The translations under genes were made by a program, and so were the position numbers. 32,000 nucleotides of DNA, from positions 180,001-212,000 of the forward strand of contig NZ_PQWO01000005.1 of NCBI RefSeq assembly GCF_003231495.1, given 5' to 3'. Below, in pieces: positions 26,184-32,000 of this stretch; the stretch's first letter is position 1; each line of letters starts with the position of its first letter. The stretch comes from Acaryochloris thomasi RCC1774 (GTDB lineage: Bacteria > Cyanobacteriota > Cyanobacteriia > Thermosynechococcales > Thermosynechococcaceae). Under the pieces are notes generated by a model. The model saw only the letters and a program-made list of their open reading frames with translations, did no database searches and had not been told where the DNA came from.

Positions 26184-27332
26184 CTATTTTTGCGGCAATT
26201 GCATCCCCTGCACATTGCTCAAGCGCGACTTGATAAACCGATCCATCCAGCCCTTTAAATAGGCGGTGTTGGCCTCCTTCTCAGCCGGATCTTGAGAGGT
26301 AATGGGGTGGGGAGCCAGCCCCAAAATAGCGGCGGTGGTGACGCAGTACATCGACTTCTGAAAGGACTGGCAGAGGTTTACTCTCAGACCTGTTTGATCG
26401 CGGCCCTGTCGCCTATAGAGGTCGGTAAAATAGTCTGGTATGTAATGACGCATATCCTGCATCAACAGCGTTGGTGGGATGCCGGAGCCGCCAATGGGGA
26501 CAGGGTCAGCGTAGAGCGCACCGTAGCAAAAAGCGCTCTGGTCAATGGGAATCTGATCTTCTTGGGCGTTGTAGGTAACGGTGCCTTGAAAGGGGGTGCC
26601 TCTGAAGAAAATGGCCTCGACGTAGGGAACGCCGGTATCTATTAAGAAGGTGATGCCTGCTGATTCAGGAATAATCTCGTAGCGCTTGCCGTTGATGAGA
26701 GGGGCATAGGTGATGGGGAGGGCTGCATCTGCCACAAGGCCGTCGAGAATATGCTGCACCACATCGGGGATCGTTTTAATCTCACCTGCGTCGAAGCGAT
26801 CGCTTAGTTCTAAGAAAATCTTGCTCATTACGGTCCAAAACTGACCGAGGGCGGTGGTGTAGCAGAGCTGCCGGACCTGCTCAGGCCAGAAGTCTTTGAA
26901 GATGCTTCCCATGCCTTTGAAAAGAGGGTTGCGCTTGAATCGGGTTGCGATCGCAACCTCAGCCATCTGCTTAAACTCATCTGAGTCGAGATAGGGTTCT
27001 AGCCCACCGCCCCCGTGCCACATCATGCCGCGCATACAGTACTCGGCATATTCATAATTGATGCGGTCGTGCCACCAGTGCTTAAAGAGCTTGGCAGGAT
27101 TCACCTCACCGTTGAAGTACTTAAAGAACGGAAAGATAACTAAAAACTGGTGGTCACCAATGTACTTTAGATTGACCGCATAGGCATCTAAAACAATGCC
27201 ATAGCTCTTGAGAATGCCCACCACCTCCGCAACGTTATCAGGACTATCGGGCAGTAGTGCGCCGCCTGCCTGCAGGCGCTCAATGTAGGTGTTGAGGGGA
27301 TGAGGTCTGGCGGGGCGGGTCTTAGCAGTCAT
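26184..27332 (-). CDS. cupB: CO2 hydration protein ChpX/CupB of the NDH-1 CO2-uptake complex
   Basis: 382 aa with the conserved ChpXY-family N-terminus (HPLNTYIERLQAGGALLPDSPDNVAEVVGILKSYGIVLDAYAVNL...FPFFKYF). The short length favours the ChpX/CupB type over ChpY/CupA. It is syntenic with the ndhF/ndhD paralogs. Confidence 0.8.
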   Translation of the reverse strand: MTAKTRPARPHPLNTYIERLQAGGALLPDSPDNVAEVVGILKSYGIVLDAYAVNLKYIGDHQFLVIFPFFKYFNGEVNPAKLFKHWWHDRINYEYAEYCMRGMMWHGGGGLEPYLDSDEFKQMAEVAIATRFKRNPLFKGMGSIFKDFWPEQVRQLCYTTALGQFWTVMSKIFLELSDRFDAGEIKTIPDVVQHILDGLVADAALPITYAPLINGKRYEIIPESAGITFLIDTGVPYVEAIFFRGTPFQGTVTYNAQEDQIPIDQSAFCYGALYADPVPIGGSGIPPTLLMQDMRHYIPDYFTDLYRRQGRDQTGLRVNLCQSFQKSMYCVTTAAILGLAPHPITSQDPAEKEANTAYLKGWMDRFIKSRLSNVQGMQLPQK

Positions 27333-27478
27333 TGCAGAGGGTCCTTGGCATTCGGGATCAATGATACCTATATTTCCGGCTCGACCCCAAACGGATCATC
27401 ACCTGCAATCAAAGACCAGTAGTGAAAGCAACCCTTTCATACAAGCTATCCTACAGATATGTAGACCTAGAGCATCCC

Positions 27479-28054
27479 ATGACGGCCCTCACCCTCACTT
27501 TGGACCCTATCCTTGATCTGAGTGACGAACAGTTCTATCAGCTCTGTCAAGTCAATCAAGACATTCGGTTTGAGCGCACAGCTCAAGGAGCACTAATTAT
27601 CATGCCACCCACCGGATGGGGTACAGGTAAACGAAACTTCAGCCTCTCAGGGCAGTTATGGAAGTGGGCAGAAAAAAACGGGCTAGGGATCGGCTTTGAT
27701 TCCTCCACAGGGTTCAAGCTCCCTAATGGTGCAGATCGCTCTCCTGATGCGGCTTGGGTCAAGCAAGAGAGAGTCGAGGCTCTAGATGCAAACCCCAATC
27801 AATTTTTGCCCTTGGCCCCTGATTTTGTGGTGGAACTCCGTTCCGCCAATGACAGCCTCATCACACTCCAGAACAAGATGCAGGAATATCGCGAGAATGG
27901 CGTTCGTTTAGGTTGGCTGATCAATCCTCAAGACCAACAGGCCGAAATCTATCGACTCGGGCAAGACGTTGAGGTGCTGCAGTCTCCTACCGATTTATCA
28001 GGAGAAGATGTTTTGCCTGGATTCACGTTGGAATTGAGTTCTATCTTGGCTTGA
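27479..28054 (+). CDS. Uma2-family (DUF820) PD-(D/E)xK endonuclease
   Basis: I prefer ATG 27479 (MTALTLTLDPILDLSDEQFYQL...) to GTG 27422. Catalytic-like residues are SPDAAWV ... VVELRS ... QNK. Confidence 0.85.
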   Translation: MTALTLTLDPILDLSDEQFYQLCQVNQDIRFERTAQGALIIMPPTGWGTGKRNFSLSGQLWKWAEKNGLGIGFDSSTGFKLPNGADRSPDAAWVKQERVEALDANPNQFLPLAPDFVVELRSANDSLITLQNKMQEYRENGVRLGWLINPQDQQAEIYRLGQDVEVLQSPTDLSGEDVLPGFTLELSSILA

Positions 28055-28105
28055 GGGGGCGTTAATCTCGCAGTAGATCTACACGGCGTTTGTGGATGCC
28101 GAGCG

Positions 28106-29665
28106 TCATTGATTTGTCGTAGACGGCGGTAACTGGTCACGCATTGAAACAAATTGGATCACCGGAGGGGTTGAAGGCACGAGCGAAATCGTTGTTGTCT
28201 CTGTCCAGCCTAAGAGCCAACCGGGCTGCAGACCCAAAACGATAATCAAGGCAGCTAAGACAAATGCGGGCGCTTGCTCAAGGCTTGTGGGCTGCGGAAT
28301 CCAGACATCTTTTTGGTCATCAACTTTAGCCTTTGCACCTGTGGCTAAGCGACCAAAAAAGGCGCGGTTGACCAGCAGCAAAAAGTACACCGCCGTCAGT
28401 CCTGTCCCCACGATGCAGAGATAGGTCTGAATCGGGAACGCCGCTAGACTACCGCGAAACACTAAAAATTCAGCAATGAAGCCCACCATGCCAGGTTGTC
28501 CTGCGCTTGCCATGACGCCTAAAATCATTAGGGTGCCGACGACGGGTAGACCGCGTTCTGGGTTTAGCAGACCCCGGAGAACTCGCAGATCGCGGGTGCC
28601 GGTCTTTTTATACACAATACCCACCAGCACAAACAGCAGGCCCGAAATTAATCCGTGGCTGACCATCTGTAGGACTGTTGCGACCAGGCTCAGAGGCGTT
28701 GCTGCAGCGGTGGCTAAGAGGATGTAGCCCATGTGGCTGACCGAACTGTAGGCGACCATTTTCTTCATGTCAGTTTGTGCGATCGCAAGTACTGCCCCAT
28801 ACAAAACACTCACCGCTGCCCAGGTCGCCAAATAAGGTGCAATCACCCGCCAAGCATCCGGGAACAGACCGACACCGAAGCGCAGTAAGCCGTAGGTACC
28901 GAGCTTTAGCAGTACGCCAGCCAGCAGCACCGAGACAGGTGTAGGAGCCTCAACGTGAGCATCGGGGAGCCACGTGTGGAAGGGAACGAAGGGAACTTTA
29001 ATGCCAAACCCAACCAGAATTGCGCCTAGTAAAATAAACTGCTGCGTCATCGACAGCGTTTCAATCAGGGCCGGATCGTAATCAAAGCTAGTGGCCCCTG
29101 TGAGCCAAGTGATGCCAAGGAATCCGCCCAGAATTAAGATGCCGGAAACGGCGGTATAGATTAAAAACTTGGTGGCCGCATAGCTACGCCGCTTGCCACC
29201 CCAGATGGCGATCAGCAGATAGAGCGGAATGAGTTCTAGCTCGTAAAAGATGAAGAATAGGAGCAGATTTTGGGCCAAAAAGGCACCGGCTACAGCGCCA
29301 TAAATCACCAAGATGAGGCTATAGAAAAGGCGGGGGCGATTGGTGTTGCGATCGCTACACAAAATAGCAATACCGGTCAAAATCGCGTTCAGCACAATCA
29401 GCGGGAACGCAAGGCCATCCATGCCCAGTTTGTAGTTCAGGCCCAGAGCATCCAGCCAGGGCAGATTTTCAGTGAACTGCGCTCCAACGAGCGTGGTGTC
29501 AAACTGAAGCCCAAGATAGGCAATCAATCCCAGCGTCGCTGCGATAATCGCCAAGGCTGAAAGGCGGGCACGGTTTTCAGTCTGAAATCCCGGTACCAAC
29601 GCAATGACTGCTGCACCGAGTAGTGGAATCCAAATAAGAGCACTTAGCATACGTTCTGCGAGCAA
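28106..29665 (-). CDS. ndhD4: NDH-1 subunit D paralog (NdhD4-type, CO2-uptake complex)
   Basis: 519-aa polytopic NuoM/NdhD-family antiporter-like subunit. It starts 6 nt downstream of the ndhF paralog. The paralog assignment is inferred from linkage to the ChpX-length protein. Confidence 0.75.
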   Translation of the reverse strand: MLAERMLSALIWIPLLGAAVIALVPGFQTENRARLSALAIIAATLGLIAYLGLQFDTTLVGAQFTENLPWLDALGLNYKLGMDGLAFPLIVLNAILTGIAILCSDRNTNRPRLFYSLILVIYGAVAGAFLAQNLLLFFIFYELELIPLYLLIAIWGGKRRSYAATKFLIYTAVSGILILGGFLGITWLTGATSFDYDPALIETLSMTQQFILLGAILVGFGIKVPFVPFHTWLPDAHVEAPTPVSVLLAGVLLKLGTYGLLRFGVGLFPDAWRVIAPYLATWAAVSVLYGAVLAIAQTDMKKMVAYSSVSHMGYILLATAAATPLSLVATVLQMVSHGLISGLLFVLVGIVYKKTGTRDLRVLRGLLNPERGLPVVGTLMILGVMASAGQPGMVGFIAEFLVFRGSLAAFPIQTYLCIVGTGLTAVYFLLLVNRAFFGRLATGAKAKVDDQKDVWIPQPTSLEQAPAFVLAALIIVLGLQPGWLLGWTETTTISLVPSTPPVIQFVSMRDQLPPSTTNQ

Positions 29666-29671
29666 TTCCCC

Positions 29672-31510
29672 TTACCAAATAAACCAATAAATAATGCATC
29701 CAGAGATGAGGCCCACACCCATCAAAATTGTGAGGGCGTAGGTCTGGGACTGTCCAGTGGCGCTGTACTTAAGGCTCTCGCCGCTGAATAGAGAGGCAAC
29801 TCCTACAAAGTTAACGAGGCCATCGACAATATATCGATCAACCCAAACGCCAATGCGAGAGAGCGTTGAGACCGCTGCAACCACCGTAATTTCGTACAGC
29901 TTTTCGGTGTAAAAATCGTAGGCCAAAAAGTCCTGAAGAAACCGGCGATATCGCTGAATCGGACGCGACCAAGATCGGCTCAGCGGCATCAGCGCCCCGA
30001 TCAAGCAGCCCACAACTCCAGAAGCAACCAGCTCAATTCCGGCTAGCCGCAGATTTGCTATGGGGGGCAGCAGCGCCAAGCTGGTCATCAAGAAAGGCGT
30101 CAGTAGCGTCACCACCATCAAGATCACCATCGGCACAGCCATCGCCCAGGCTACCTCTGGGGTCCGTTTTGTCTTGGGCTGAATATCCCCTAAAAAGACG
30201 AGGCGAAAGACGCGAATCAGGTTGATGGCAGACAGAACATTTACAAACAGCACGACCACCACGTACCAAGGTTCATAGGCTTCAAAAATGGCGATGCCCT
30301 CTTCTAAAGCCCAGAAGCCGCCCAACGGGAATAAACCGATCAGACCCAGTGAGCCGATGATGTAAGACATTGTGGTGACCGGCATCCGTGACCATAGACC
30401 GCCTAAACCTCGCAGGTCCTGACTATTGGTATTGAGAATAATGGCCCCGACGCACATGAATAGCAGACCCTTTGCGATCGCATGGGTCAGCAATATCAAC
30501 AGCGCCACATTGGTCCACTTCAGCCCCACCGCCATAAACACAAGACCCAGGTAAGCGCTACTGGAGTGGGACAGGGTGCGCTTGAGGTCGATTTGTGCGA
30601 TCGCCATCATCGACGTACCGATAGCCGTCACCGCCCCGACAATGATCAGCGCATCTTGCGCGATGGGAGACAGCGCAACCAAAGGCTGCAGCTTAATTAA
30701 GATATAGGCACCACAGGACAGCACCACCGTATTTCGCATGATCGATGCTGGGTTTGCCCCCTCCATCGCCTCGTCAAGCCACAGATTGAGCGGGAACTGC
30801 GCGCACTTGCCGATTGGACCTGCAATTAAGCAGAAACCCAAAAACGTTGCCACGATGGGCGATAAATTTGCAGTCTCCTTCCATTCATACAGCTCAGGAA
30901 AGTTGAGAGTGCCGGAGAAAGTCGCCAGCGACACCATCCCCGACAGCAGCAAAATATCACCGACCCGCTTGGTTAAAAACGCATCTCGGGCCGCCGTAAC
31001 CACCAGCGGCTGAGCATACCAGAAACCCACAATCAAAAATGTCGAGAGCGTCAGCATCTCTAATAGGGCATAGCTCAACAGCAGCGAATCGCTAATGGCT
31101 AAACCGCTTAACGCCCCCTCAAAGAACCCCATCAAAGTGAAAAATCGAGCGACGGACCAGTCTTTTTCCATGTAGCCCAGCGCGTAGAGCTGAGCCAGCA
31201 AACTCATGCCCGTCACCAACTCCATCACCCCCAGCGTCGTGGATGAAAGATGAATCCAAAACGTGAAGTCAATATCTGCAACCTGCAGCCAAGGAAATTT
31301 GAGCGTAACGTCAGCAAAATGCAGCGATGCCTGAAACGCCAAAGTTCCATGCGCGAACGCCAGCAGCGTCATCAATAGATTGACGTAGGCTGCGGGTCTT
31401 GGTCCCGTTCGCTTCACCAATCCCGACGCCCACGGAATCGAAAGGGCCGAACCAATAAAGCAATAAATCGGAATTAACCAGCTTGTTTGTAGGAGCAGTT
31501 GACTCATCAA
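29672..31510 (-). CDS. ndhF4: NDH-1 subunit F paralog (NdhF4-type, CO2-uptake complex)
   Basis: 612-aa NuoL/NdhF-family subunit and the first gene of the cluster. The paralog assignment is inferred from synteny. Confidence 0.75.
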   Translation of the reverse strand: MMSQLLLQTSWLIPIYCFIGSALSIPWASGLVKRTGPRPAAYVNLLMTLLAFAHGTLAFQASLHFADVTLKFPWLQVADIDFTFWIHLSSTTLGVMELVTGMSLLAQLYALGYMEKDWSVARFFTLMGFFEGALSGLAISDSLLLSYALLEMLTLSTFLIVGFWYAQPLVVTAARDAFLTKRVGDILLLSGMVSLATFSGTLNFPELYEWKETANLSPIVATFLGFCLIAGPIGKCAQFPLNLWLDEAMEGANPASIMRNTVVLSCGAYILIKLQPLVALSPIAQDALIIVGAVTAIGTSMMAIAQIDLKRTLSHSSSAYLGLVFMAVGLKWTNVALLILLTHAIAKGLLFMCVGAIILNTNSQDLRGLGGLWSRMPVTTMSYIIGSLGLIGLFPLGGFWALEEGIAIFEAYEPWYVVVVLFVNVLSAINLIRVFRLVFLGDIQPKTKRTPEVAWAMAVPMVILMVVTLLTPFLMTSLALLPPIANLRLAGIELVASGVVGCLIGALMPLSRSWSRPIQRYRRFLQDFLAYDFYTEKLYEITVVAAVSTLSRIGVWVDRYIVDGLVNFVGVASLFSGESLKYSATGQSQTYALTILMGVGLISGCIIYWFIW

Positions 31511-32000
31511 AATGTCCAGAGAGATGGCAGTTTGTAACCCTTCACCCGCACCTATTCTCTCTAGGCAGTACAGTCAAAGGCGGTCTCCAATCCATGACGC
31601 GACTGGGAGACGACCAGCTTCCAATTTCATTCCTTATCAAGGCCCGACGCCCTGCCTGAAAACGGAGGCTAGCGTTAACCATTATTTCACGTAACTTTAC
31701 GTTTCTCTAAGCTTTGCCTAAGAGGCGCGACCAATTTTCACAGATAACCCACCGCCCCGCAGGCACCCTGAGTATATTTGCTCACCGCCCGTCATCCCTA
31801 AACTACGGCGCTTCGGGGGGTTGAAGTGTCTAAATTTACTTTATTAGCTTTGCTGATGTATGAAATTTGAAAATATAATCCACTCTTATATTGCCAAAGG
31901 AACATCTCTAATCATATTCTTAAGTTGGTGTTAAGACTTGCAACTACGGCGCTGAGCGCCAACCCAGTATTGCCAAGAACTATCACAGCCCTGATGTCCA

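Noticed and set aside
26184-31510. Assignment of the cluster as the inducible ndhF3-ndhD3-cupA-cupS operon
   Set aside because: The hydration protein is only 382 aa, which is ChpX/CupB-like. As I recall, CupA/ChpY proteins are notably longer. No small cupS-like gene follows. This rests on remembered length ranges, so a phylogeny of the NdhD/NdhF paralogs would be decisive.
31512-31694. 60-aa plus-strand ORF upstream of ndhF4
   Set aside because: It is at the minimum length threshold and has an Arg/Pro/Ser-rich composition with no motif. It lies in what is most likely the ndhF4 promoter and 5' UTR.

Overview
This looks like a chromosomal window from a cyanobacterium. The inference rests on frequent HIP1 GCGATCGC palindromes, an ndhF/ndhD/CO2-hydration-protein cluster, a devBCA-type exporter, glgC and two Uma2 nucleases. 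I support 31 protein-coding genes, one of them running off the 5' edge of the window. I found no rRNA, tRNA, CRISPR array, transposase or integrase. Ordinary content: a B12-binding radical SAM enzyme, a CBS-pair protein, aroH, sppA, two EamA transporters, a YiaAB membrane protein, devBCA with a divergent tetR and paired palindromic operators, glgC, and ndhF4-ndhD4-cupB. Items worth a second look: (1) A ParA-type ATPase is translationally coupled (TAATG) to a 297-aa basic, disordered, coiled-coil protein ending in WCFD. This is a McdAB-like cargo-positioning pair, unusually long and sitting 13 nt upstream of glgC. (2) A soluble fusion of a DUF4062-type N-terminal domain to a methyl-accepting chemotaxis signalling domain. 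(3) A tail-anchored P-loop GTPase-like protein directly upstream of a Uma2 PD-(D/E)xK nuclease. (4) A low-GC islet encoding an orphan two-TM protein, which starts a block of four co-oriented accessory genes separated by hairpin-bearing spacers. (5) A near-perfect in-frame 21-bp tandem repeat (6.6 copies) inside a Schlafen/AlbA_2-type regulator. (6) An antisense Uma2 gene splitting ndhD4 from cupB. All functional calls come from reading motifs by eye, since no database searches were possible.
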